From an uncultured Chlamydiales bacterium (GTDB taxonomy: Bacteria; Chlamydiota; Chlamydiia; Chlamydiales; Rhabdochlamydiaceae): a stretch of DNA of 64,000 bases. Positions 46,020-54,333 of the stretch are shown here, in pieces. The position numbers were made by a program, and so were the translations under genes. Position 1 is the first letter of the stretch. Every line of letters begins with the position of its first letter. The notes under the pieces are model-generated. The model saw only the letters and a program-made list of their open reading frames with translations. It was not told the origin of the DNA and searched no databases. The stretch lies in NCBI GenBank assembly GCA_963700985.1, contig OY969554.1:32001-96000 (forward strand). Reading direction: 5' to 3'.

Positions 46020-47168
46020 CTAGCAGCATGTAACACAGCAGCGAGGGGCTCTTTCGAAGGCTACAATAGCCCGATCATTCATGATGCCATCAGAGCTGAC
46101 ACAACTAACAAAACCCCACCGTTTAAGCGAATACTTGTCGATGTTATCCCGCAAATAAGGCAAGAATTCCTTTGCCCGTTTGGGATCGTCTTTTTTTAGC
46201 AACGCATCAATGATATAAGCGCTTCTAAAGACGTGGGCGCGGTTGACTGCTCTTTTTCTCAGTCGAGGTAGAAATTTTGCAAATAGATCAATCGCTTTCT
46301 CGATATTTTGTTCGAACACTAAAGAATCTAGAGGAGAAGATGGCCGTGCAAGATCGGAGCTTTGCTGCGGACGTGCAAACATTTTTCTTATCTCTTCAGT
46401 ATGCGTGAATAGTTCATCAAATGAGCTCTCTGGCTTTGGCAACAACCCTTCAATAAATCCTCCCCATACTTCTTTATACTGTTGAGGATGAGTGCAGCGA
46501 AAAATCAAATGATTGACAGCTAGATTTTGCATCCAGGCATAGGGTAAACAGTTTGCTAGCTTGATTGCGGACTCCACGCCTCTTTGATGTGCAGTGATAA
46601 TAAGCAAGTGGATCAAAGTACGTACGAGATACTTCGTTCTTGAATCAAACATATTACTTCGTGCAAGTTCAACTTCTGAGAAAAATGGCTCAATGGAAAA
46701 TGCAGCTTCATGAGCGCATGAGGGATGAGATAGCAGAAGAATTAAAGCATCGGCTTCTTTTTTGTGTTTAGCTAAAGTTGTAACGACCTCGTTAACATAG
46801 TGCATTTCGCTTCCAAAACGAGAACGTAAATAATACACATGTTTAACACTCTCCATAACCGAGTCTAAATAAGTGGCAATTTTAAATGCTGTTTGGAAGT
46901 CATGGTCTTCTAAATAGTGATTAAATTTGCCAATCAGCTTATCGATCAAGATCCTTTGACAAGAATCGGGAAAATTCTCTTCAAATGCTTCATTCGTCAA
47001 AACAGCAAGCTTTTCAAAAGAAGGTTGTTCCTCTTCTTTTAACTCAGGCAGGCTTCTTACGTAGTTAATGCACTCTTCTCGCTTGGCCGCCTCTGTGTCC
47101 AAAATGGGAAGAGAACATAGAGCTGTAGGCTGCAATGAAAGAGGAGAAGAAGAAATAATAGATGTCAT
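46020..47168 (-). CDS. Hypothetical helical-repeat protein ending in CCVTCC (candidate effector)
   Basis: Ser-rich N-terminus MTSIISSSPLS; C-terminal RAPRCCVTCC. Confidence 0.6.
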   Translation of the reverse strand: MTSIISSSPLSLQPTALCSLPILDTEAAKREECINYVRSLPELKEEEQPSFEKLAVLTNEAFEENFPDSCQRILIDKLIGKFNHYLEDHDFQTAFKIATYLDSVMESVKHVYYLRSRFGSEMHYVNEVVTTLAKHKKEADALILLLSHPSCAHEAAFSIEPFFSEVELARSNMFDSRTKYLVRTLIHLLIITAHQRGVESAIKLANCLPYAWMQNLAVNHLIFRCTHPQQYKEVWGGFIEGLLPKPESSFDELFTHTEEIRKMFARPQQSSDLARPSSPLDSLVFEQNIEKAIDLFAKFLPRLRKRAVNRAHVFRSAYIIDALLKKDDPKRAKEFLPYLRDNIDKYSLKRWGFVSCVSSDGIMNDRAIVAFERAPRCCVTCC

Positions 47169-47398
47169 AATTATCCTTATTTTTTGAATGATTATACACA
47201 TTAAATATTTAAAACAAAATCAAATAAATGTGTTTGATAGATATCTTTTCACGTAAAAATGGATATTGTAAAGTTCTATTTATAACGCACTATTGTAAAA
47301 ATAATTTATATCTGTAATGCGCTTATATTAAGCTGCTTACGCAGATCCTCACGGGGCTTTCGACAGACTTTGAGAATAGTATTTATTATTTTAAAAAA

Positions 47399-47432
47399 TG
47401 GGGGAGGAGAGATGCTATCAGAACTTTTAATC
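47399..47432 (+). repeat. ssrA-3'-end att-like relic C
   Basis: tgggggaggagaga-tgctatcagaacttttaatc; 12/14 match to tggaggtggagaga. Confidence 0.72.
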
Positions 47433-47498
47433 GAAAGCTGGCGCAATTACACCAACATCTTCATTCCTTTTTCATCACACGAGGTAACTATCGCAATC

Positions 47499-50400
47499 TT
47501 AAAAAGAATACCCAATTTTTCCGTAGAATTGATTGGAACTGTAACCGCTTCCAAATTCTCCGTTATAACTGGCGGAACTGAAAATATTCCAATTTGTTTG
47601 CCAAAAGAGTTCTACGGCAGGAGAAATGAGACTTTGCTCGGTGGTAAAGGCCTCGACAACAAAGGATGCAGGAGCGCTTACAATCGCTGCATTAAGATGT
47701 CCAACGTGATGAGGCTTTTTGTAGATATAGCTCAACTTCGCTTGTGCAATAAAAATTCCCCAGCTGAAAGTGGTAGTTTTATATCCATTGAGGCCTGTTT
47801 CTGATCGTAGCATCCATGAAGTTCTAGAAGGGAACTTCATATTGTATGGAGCCGCTCCTTTCTCTGAGTAGCTCGGATCCCATTCAAAGACCCAGTCTAG
47901 TAAACTAAAAGGTTCGATAGTTACTGTATTTATATTGAAATCGTATCCCGTGCCAAAATGAAGATCGAGTTGCTCTGCGTTGTAAGAGCTTCTAGCAGTC
48001 TCTTTAAAGCCTGGAAAAGAGATGATGCGTTTTTGTTCCACGTTCATATATTCGCCCCAAATGGCAGCATCGATGAAAAAATCGGAAAAAAATCTCATCC
48101 CGTAGACGCTGAGATAACCTGCATCTAGGTGACTATTCCCCATAGATTGATGTTCATGAATCGATGAGTGAGCATACCCTGCGAGCGCACCGATGCATCC
48201 TTGATCAGTATTGCCATAATCATAGGCTGCAAAAAAACCACCGCTGTTGAAATCAAAAGTGGGGGTTTGATCTTGAGAGTTCTGACGGCTGAATTGACCA
48301 AAGCCCATTCCCCAAAGTTGAGAGCTGGTGTTTTTAGGCGGAGCATAAATCGCTCTAAGAGGGGATTGATTGTCTGCTAAAAGTTCATTGTAAGCTAAGA
48401 AGGCTGTATCTTTTGCATGGCTTTTTTTGCCTTCATTACGCGCAAGGCGTCTTTTGGTAAAATGCGAATCGAGCGATTCGGAAAACATGAACATAACGTT
48501 TTGCGCAACAAATGTAGGAATTGAGTTCCTCGAAGGGCTGATGGATTTAAGGGCATTTTGATACTGGGAGGAAGAGAGGTCGTTTAAAAGATCAAATTGC
48601 TCTGTCAATCCCAACGAATCAGCATCTGGGGCTAGAGTATTGAGGTAATTGGCAACTCTTAAGTTGTTGCCTCTGAGGCCTTGCGTAGAAAGACTGGGAA
48701 GGGAAGGGGAGAAACCTAAAAAATCAAATTGGACAAATGTAGGAGTTCCCATCGGTAGATAGGCGAGCGAATAATTCGGAGTTTTCCCCGTAAAAGCAAC
48801 GGAATCAAAAGTGTCTGTAATGCCAGATGAAGTGAGAACAGTATATGTTCCAGGCTTAGCAGTTGAATCTAAGTCGATTTCTAAGATACCTGCGAGCGTT
48901 GCTGTTCCACTAACGGCAACTAAAGATGTGCCACTGGAATCGATCCCGATATGAACAAGGCTTCCCAAGGTGCCGTCAACTGGATCTGCAGAATTTAGGA
49001 GCAAACTGCCAAGAGTAAGTGTTCCGCCATTGTCTGGAGAGATCGTTCCCGAGTTGACTAAGACGTTTCCGGTCAAGGTCCCGATTCCGCTCAACATACC
49101 TCTTTGCGAGCTAATGATTGTTTCTCTACAGACGGAAACCGGTGCTTCGTTGATCGCTCCATTCACTTTAAAATTCGCATTCCTGATTGTGATGCTTCCT
49201 TGATAATCGGTGGTTCCGTTGTAAACAACAGTTCCATTTCCTGTGACTATGACAGATGTTCCTCCTGCGTTGAAAGAGGTGTCGTCAACAAACGCAACTT
49301 GCTCACCGAGAGTCAAAAGATCACCAGTATCGTTTGCTGTAAGTGTGAGAGATGCCCCTTGGCGTAAAAAAATACTATTTCCCCACATCAACGTTGATCC
49401 ATCAGTGCCATCTGTCCCTCCAGGGCCGCCCGTTCCATGCGTTCCCGCTTGGGTTGTATTATTTGATGTATTGAAAATGGTTGGGATTCCCGAGAACGCT
49501 TGAATATTGAGATTCACATTGCTATCCACAAAGATAGCGCCTCCAAGGCCGCTTCCGCCACCACCACCTCCGCCACCGAAACCCGTTCCGACGCTATTGG
49601 CGCCAGCCCCTCCAGAGCCGCCACCGAGGTTTCCTATATCAGATCCGCCGGGGGTATTGGAAGAGTTAGAAGGTCCACCGCCGCCACCACCACCACCGCC
49701 TAAAGAATTGCCCCCTCCAGCAGGCGTGGTACCAGATTGGTCGGCGCCACCACCGCCTCCACCACCACCAATTCCTCCGGAACCGCCTTGTACAGTATAA
49801 TTGATATCGTAAGCGCCCGTACCCGCGCCTCCGCCCCCACCTCCACCATAGCCACCTGTTCCAGCTTGTCCGTCAATTCCATTTGTAGAAGGCGTTACAA
49901 CAACTCCACCACCACCGCCACCGCCTCCATCTCCGCCATTACCTCCGGAAGGTAGTGCGCTGCCTCCTGGTGCTATTTGCCCTTGAGGCAGGGTTCCATT
50001 CATTCCTGCGCTTCCACCACCACCACCGCCTGCTGGAGTTCCACCACCACCACCGCCGCCACCTGCTGTGTTTCCTCCGGAGTTACCTCCTCCACCAGCA
50101 CCAGCAAGAATTGCGAGACCATCACCATTTCCATCAAGGCCGGCATTTTGATCGGAGCCCCCAGTCCCCAGATTCGTGAGCGTTGGGATGGTGGCGCGCG
50201 ATCCAAGGCCGCCACCGCCACCACCACCGCCGCCGCTGTTGTCAGTTGAAAGAGTGACATCTCCACCATCTCCACCAAAGCCACCACCACCTCCTCCTCC
50301 AGTGCTTCCTGTGGTCGTAATAGAACCCCCATTTCCGCTAAAGCCCCCACCGCCGCCGCCGCCCTCATCGCCCGTGGGAGATGAGATGCTTAAATAACTT

Positions 50401-50945
50401 CCTCCGTTTCCGCCGACAGCAGAGCAGCTGTTGATCGAAACATTCATCAAGGTGATCGAAGGATTCGAACCATTTAAAAAGGTTTGAGGTGCGTAAATGG
50501 CGCCCCCAGCACCCAAGCCGCCGCCGCCGCCCGAAGTACCATCTCCACCATCGCCGCCTTTTGCTCTCAGGTTTTGAAAGGTCATGTTTTGGATCGTCAC
50601 ATTCCCCATGGGGACAAAAAGACCGCTGTAAGTGCCATTATTGCCGTCAATTGTGACTGTGGGAATAGAGCCTGAATTGCCAATCGTGATATTCACAGGA
50701 TTTGAGGAGTTATTGATGATCGGCAGAATCCCATTGAGCTGTATCATCATCGGAGGATTGGCAAAAACAATCGCATAATCATCAGGTGTCGTACTTAAAC
50801 TCTCATTCATTGTATTCAAGCAATATCTAAGATCGCCCGTCAATCCCATGCTGCCCGGCTTACTGTCCGAGCTTTCAGTTACAATAAGCGTTGTTAAAGC
50901 GAATAAGGAATTTGAGGCGAATAAAAAAATGCAATATTTGAACAT
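47499..50945 (-). CDS. Autotransporter with glycine-rich passenger domain
   Basis: Signal peptide; poly-Gly tracts; GGAIY/GGAIF motifs; beta-helix-like linker; C-terminal barrel ending GKIGYSF. Confidence 0.9.
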   Translation of the reverse strand: MFKYCIFLFASNSLFALTTLIVTESSDSKPGSMGLTGDLRYCLNTMNESLSTTPDDYAIVFANPPMMIQLNGILPIINNSSNPVNITIGNSGSIPTVTIDGNNGTYSGLFVPMGNVTIQNMTFQNLRAKGGDGGDGTSGGGGGLGAGGAIYAPQTFLNGSNPSITLMNVSINSCSAVGGNGGSYLSISSPTGDEGGGGGGGFSGNGGSITTTGSTGGGGGGGFGGDGGDVTLSTDNSGGGGGGGGGLGSRATIPTLTNLGTGGSDQNAGLDGNGDGLAILAGAGGGGNSGGNTAGGGGGGGGTPAGGGGGGSAGMNGTLPQGQIAPGGSALPSGGNGGDGGGGGGGGVVVTPSTNGIDGQAGTGGYGGGGGGGAGTGAYDINYTVQGGSGGIGGGGGGGGADQSGTTPAGGGNSLGGGGGGGGGPSNSSNTPGGSDIGNLGGGSGGAGANSVGTGFGGGGGGGGSGLGGAIFVDSNVNLNIQAFSGIPTIFNTSNNTTQAGTHGTGGPGGTDGTDGSTLMWGNSIFLRQGASLTLTANDTGDLLTLGEQVAFVDDTSFNAGGTSVIVTGNGTVVYNGTTDYQGSITIRNANFKVNGAINEAPVSVCRETIISSQRGMLSGIGTLTGNVLVNSGTISPDNGGTLTLGSLLLNSADPVDGTLGSLVHIGIDSSGTSLVAVSGTATLAGILEIDLDSTAKPGTYTVLTSSGITDTFDSVAFTGKTPNYSLAYLPMGTPTFVQFDFLGFSPSLPSLSTQGLRGNNLRVANYLNTLAPDADSLGLTEQFDLLNDLSSSQYQNALKSISPSRNSIPTFVAQNVMFMFSESLDSHFTKRRLARNEGKKSHAKDTAFLAYNELLADNQSPLRAIYAPPKNTSSQLWGMGFGQFSRQNSQDQTPTFDFNSGGFFAAYDYGNTDQGCIGALAGYAHSSIHEHQSMGNSHLDAGYLSVYGMRFFSDFFIDAAIWGEYMNVEQKRIISFPGFKETARSSYNAEQLDLHFGTGYDFNINTVTIEPFSLLDWVFEWDPSYSEKGAAPYNMKFPSRTSWMLRSETGLNGYKTTTFSWGIFIAQAKLSYIYKKPHHVGHLNAAIVSAPASFVVEAFTTEQSLISPAVELFWQTNWNIFSSASYNGEFGSGYSSNQFYGKIGYSF

Positions 50946-50995
50946 GAGAGATCTCTAATTATTTTTTGTCACAGTATTGGGTAAAAAAGAATTGT

Positions 50996-51868
50996 TCAAG
51001 GCTTAAAATTCGGAAGAGAGGAGTATTCGAATTTATGAGGAATGTAGTTAGGTCTCATAGCAAATGCGATGGTTGCATATCGAATTTTGCCGCTTTGCGT
51101 GACAATGTGAGGAGTTGGATAGATCGAAAATTCAGTTAGAAGCACTCCGGGAATAAGGAGGATAGAGTTTTGATTAGGCCTCCTTGGAAATTCTCTTAGT
51201 GGAGATGAAAAATCATCGACTGAGAATGAGGATTTATAAGGAGAAAGAAGCAGCGATTGATTGTCAGTGCTATCGAGAAAAAGGGAAAACGCAGCGCCAT
51301 CGTAATGCGGTCTTGTAGCGATGTAAGAGGGGAGGTATTTGATTACTTTGAAAAGGATGGGAGGATGACCATATTTCGAAGAGAAAATCGTTTCTATGCC
51401 TAACTCAGCTGCCGCCTCATCGAATAGATATTCGTATGATTTTTGGATCTCGTGACAAGCTTCAAAAAAATGGATGATTTGGCGAACTTGATTGAATTCT
51501 GGGAAGAGGGAGCAAATAAACTCATGGAAATGGATCGAATAGTAGAAGGAGATCTGGTTTCTTCCTTCTCTTTTTGACTCGTCGTAGAAACCAAAAAAAT
51601 CAGTGGAGTAATAAGCTCTATCTTTTGTGCGAATAAAACGCTCTTTTGCGATGTATAATTTTTGTGCCCAAACTGGATTTGTTTGAAGAAATTCGATGAG
51701 TTCATCGAAATATGCATAAAGAGAATCGAACGTTTCCGTTCCATGCTGCTTATCGCAAATTTCTAAATAACCTGTTCGCTTAAATTGTTCTGCAAGAGGT
51801 GCAGCACAAAAAGATGGAAATGCAAATAAAAGCGAAACCCATAGAAACAAAGTCTTCTGGACTTTCAT
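50996..51868 (-). CDS. 2OG-Fe(II) oxygenase superfamily protein with signal peptide
   Basis: PHYD (HxD), PTPHIV (distal His), RYATIAF. Confidence 0.7.
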   Translation of the reverse strand: MKVQKTLFLWVSLLFAFPSFCAAPLAEQFKRTGYLEICDKQHGTETFDSLYAYFDELIEFLQTNPVWAQKLYIAKERFIRTKDRAYYSTDFFGFYDESKREGRNQISFYYSIHFHEFICSLFPEFNQVRQIIHFFEACHEIQKSYEYLFDEAAAELGIETIFSSKYGHPPILFKVIKYLPSYIATRPHYDGAAFSLFLDSTDNQSLLLSPYKSSFSVDDFSSPLREFPRRPNQNSILLIPGVLLTEFSIYPTPHIVTQSGKIRYATIAFAMRPNYIPHKFEYSSLPNFKP

Positions 51869-52055
51869 GAGTTAATCGTATGATTTGTTCTTTGAATTTG
51901 TCAAATTTTTCGAGTAAGAGCAAGCTCATCTTATATTCTCTGCTGCTTGCAACAGAGAAGTGCAGTAGGATATGCAAGAAGTCTATTAAAGATCAAAATG
52001 CCCGTAGAAATCTTTAAAAGAGAAAATCCGATGTATTTTTAGAAACACGTGGAGA

Positions 52056-52412
52056 TTGTTTATGACAGATTTACCTAAATGCGCCAAATGCAGTTCTGAA
52101 CACACATACGAAGATGGAGTTTTGTATATTTGTCCAGAATGTGGTCATGAATGGGCTATCCATGCTGAGAAGGAAGGTGAGACGGCGCAGCCTGTTGTAA
52201 GGGATGCGTATGGAAACATTCTCCAGGACGGTGATAGTGTGACGATTATCAAAGATGTAAAGGTCAAAGGATCGTCATCGGCTTTAAAAGTCGGTGTAAA
52301 AGTGAAAAATATTCGTCTGGTGGATGAGGTCAACGGCCACAACATCGAAGCGAAGATTCCTGGATTCGGTACGATGATGCTCAAATCTGAGATTGTTAAG
52401 AAAAGCAATTAG
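52056..52412 (+). CDS. yjdM: PhnA/YjdM zinc-ribbon protein
   Basis: [41 protein letters not shown]. Confidence 0.9.
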   Translation: MFMTDLPKCAKCSSEHTYEDGVLYICPECGHEWAIHAEKEGETAQPVVRDAYGNILQDGDSVTIIKDVKVKGSSSALKVGVKVKNIRLVDEVNGHNIEAKIPGFGTMMLKSEIVKKSN

Positions 52413-52516
52413 CCAGCTTTTTAAACTTGGATTGGTTTTCTATTGGAGAATGTTTTTGAATTTTTAGAGGAGGCCCTTATTAGATTATCCGGAATTCCTG
52501 AATCTCTCTTTTAGGG

Positions 52517-52548
52517 TTGGAGGTAGAGAGCTGTATTTGGAACTCTTT
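52517..52548 (+). repeat. ssrA-3'-end att-like relic D
   Basis: ttggaggtagagag-ctgtatttggaactcttt. Confidence 0.65.
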
Positions 52549-52800
52549 TTGGAGTGCGTGCGACTTGTCGCCGCTTTCGTAGACATCGACTTGTCGATGC
52601 TCTAAAAATCATCTCGAATTCTAATGGAATCAATGTTTAAGCTCGTCACAGTCTCATAATGGGCTTTTGAGGTGTGCGTTTCAAACCAAATTGCAGAACA
52701 CCACTTGTATTGATTTGAGCTCGTAACAAGCTTATTAAAGAGGGCATCGACAAGTCGATGTCTACCAAGGCGCTGACAAGTCAGCGCACTCCAAAAAAGA
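52545..52800. mobile_element. REPIN/MITE-like element: two ~55 bp inverted REP-like arms around a ~140 bp spacer
   Basis: Left arm ttttggagtgcgtgcgacttgtcgccgct..gacatcgacttgtcgatgc; right arm gcatcgacaagtcgatgtc..gcgctgacaagtcagcgcactccaaaa. Confidence 0.75.
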
Positions 52801-52829
52801 TAACTTTGAAATAGAGTTTTGTTAAAAAG

Positions 52830-52893
52830 AAAAAGCCGGGAAGTTATCCTGGCCTTAGTATTGGAGGTGGAGAGACACATTCAGAACTTTTAA
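52830..52893 (+). repeat. ssrA-3'-end att-like relic E with a copy of the ssrA terminator
   Basis: aaaaagccggg..cctggcctt then tattggaggtggagaga (17 nt identical to 53764-53780) then cacattcagaacttttaa. Confidence 0.88.
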
Positions 52894-52928
52894 CCGGAGG
52901 TCAATCTCTGGTAAGTTCCGAATAACTC

Positions 52929-53384
52929 TTAGTGAAGGGCGGCCCTATTTCCAGCGAAAGCCTTTACTGTTCGTATAAAAATTTCCTGGCTTTTGAGCAT
53001 TTCGATAAACTTGTCCTTTTCCTGCATGTTAGATTCAGTTAAATATCCGAAGATTATTTTCTTTCGCTCGCCGGTGTTTAAATTGGGAAACGAAAACGTG
53101 TGATACTGGCTCCTTACATACATCTTGAACTCATGAGCTACTTTCAACTGCTCTTCCTGATCGATTGCATAGGACATCACAACGGAAGTGCAATCTGTGC
53201 TTAAATAGGGCAAAACCGATGTTTGCATCCCTTCTCTATAGGTTCGAGAATTTACCACGTGAGTTATAGCAGTCGCTGCGTCATTTACCTCGATTTTGGT
53301 AGGTTCTATGTAAGTCTTCACGCCCCAGAGATCGATCATAGGCAGGATTTCTTTCGGTTCCATTGCTTTTGGTATTGCTGTCAT
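52929..53384 (-). CDS. Hypothetical protein (short F-box-like helix LPYLSTDCTSVVMSY)
   Basis: 151 aa ORF between two att-like copies. Confidence 0.55.
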   Translation of the reverse strand: MTAIPKAMEPKEILPMIDLWGVKTYIEPTKIEVNDAATAITHVVNSRTYREGMQTSVLPYLSTDCTSVVMSYAIDQEEQLKVAHEFKMYVRSQYHTFSFPNLNTGERKKIIFGYLTESNMQEKDKFIEMLKSQEIFIRTVKAFAGNRAALH

Positions 53385-53497
53385 AAACTCTCTTTATAAG
53401 AATCTTAATTATTGTTTTTTTATTCAAAAAATGTATAAAACATGAGAAAATTTTACTGTTTTTTTGATTATTTTGCCATAAAAAGAACCTATCTAAC

Positions 53498-53735
53498 TAA
53501 AAAGGCCAGGTTTTACCTGACCAAAATGGAGTTGGGGAGAAGCCCTCGCGCTAAGGGCGATGCCCCTAGTCTACCGGGCCGGCTGCGGAATCACGGAGAA
53601 GGTCCAGTGGACCTTCGAAGTGCGGAGCAGGTGAGCCATTTATGGCGAACCGGGCTCGGTTGCACAGTGTGCAACAAACGAGTTCAACTCGATTCTCTCA
53701 CGCAAGGCAAACTGTTGCCTTGCTCACCTCCAATA
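53498..53735. other. Multi-hairpin element inserted at the tmRNA 3' end
   Basis: Stacked hairpins (gaaggtcca.tggaccttc; gttgcaca.tgtgcaac; gcaaggcaa..ttgccttgc), an inverted copy of the tmRNA 3' arm, and a direct copy of the 3' end plus terminator at 53498-53541. Confidence 0.75.
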
Positions 53736-53764
53736 AAAAAGGCCAGGTTTTAAAACCTGGCCTT
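53735..53764 (-). terminator. ssrA terminator
   Basis: aaggccaggtttt-aaaacctggcctt palindrome followed by a T tract on the minus strand. Confidence 0.8.
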
Positions 53765-53766
53765 AT

Positions 53767-54139
53767 TGGAGGTGGAGAGAATCGAACTCTCGTCCTTAGC
53801 AAACTCCCTATTAATGCCTACATGCTTAGTGTCTTTATTGTTACGTCGGCCCTGCTGAAGGACACCACACTAGAGACCAACGCTCTTCTTCTTATCTCGA
53901 ATTCTCCCTCGAAGAAGGGAAGAAGTTAGGAGATTCATACCAAGGTTGATGACGATAGTTACTAACGCTCTTGGTCAGGCCTTAGGCTATCGAGAGCTAA
54001 AAACGGTTAGGTTCTTAAGCTGCTAATAAGCACTCTTCAGTGTTATCAATTCTTGTTTTACCGGATGATTAAGGAGGCCAACCGATATCCTCCGCATGCC
54101 ACTAATACTTTGTTCCCAAGTCGAAACCTTTACACCCCC
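53767..54139 (-). ncRNA. ssrA: tmRNA; tag peptide (A)DNTEECLLAA
   Basis: 5' GGGGGTGTAAAGGTTTCGAC; 3' GAGAGTTCGATTCTCTCCACCTCCA with T-arm and G3-U pair; internal ORF ending GCA GCT TAA; CCA not encoded. Confidence 0.96.
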
Positions 54140-54333
54140 GTAATCATAATAACAAAAGTTCTAATAAACCACGAGGGGCTTGTTAAAACCGATTTTAATC
54201 AACGCAAGTTGTTTGTAATTAACTACTTGTGTGAAATCATCAGGAATTCTTTAATATATCGTTCTACTTTCAAAAGAAGTATAATTTTTGCATGACTTTA
54301 TGACTATATAAACAGCAATAAGAGGAATAAATC

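Noticed and set aside
47370-47804. 144 aa + strand ORF
   Set aside because: Mostly antisense to the autotransporter barrel; only its first ~40 codons matter, as an att-arm relic
49500-50675. Poly-Pro, poly-Thr, poly-His and poly-Val ORFs
   Set aside because: Shadow frames of the Gly-rich autotransporter
52441-52466. tattggagaatgtttttgaattttta as a further att relic
   Set aside because: Needs gaps to align; too degenerate to count
52602-52880. 92 aa ORF as a transposase of the REPIN-like element
   Set aside because: Runs through repeat arms; no HUH or DDE motifs
41646-53780. CRISPR array or classical integron interpretation of the repeats
   Set aside because: Spacing is irregular (about 0.2-5 kb); no cas or intI gene; no attC-type RYYYAAC/GTTRRRY palindromes recognised
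53442-54295. ORFs 53442-53753, 53642-53929 and 54053-54295
   Set aside because: They overlap the structured element and the antisense strand of tmRNA; no protein features
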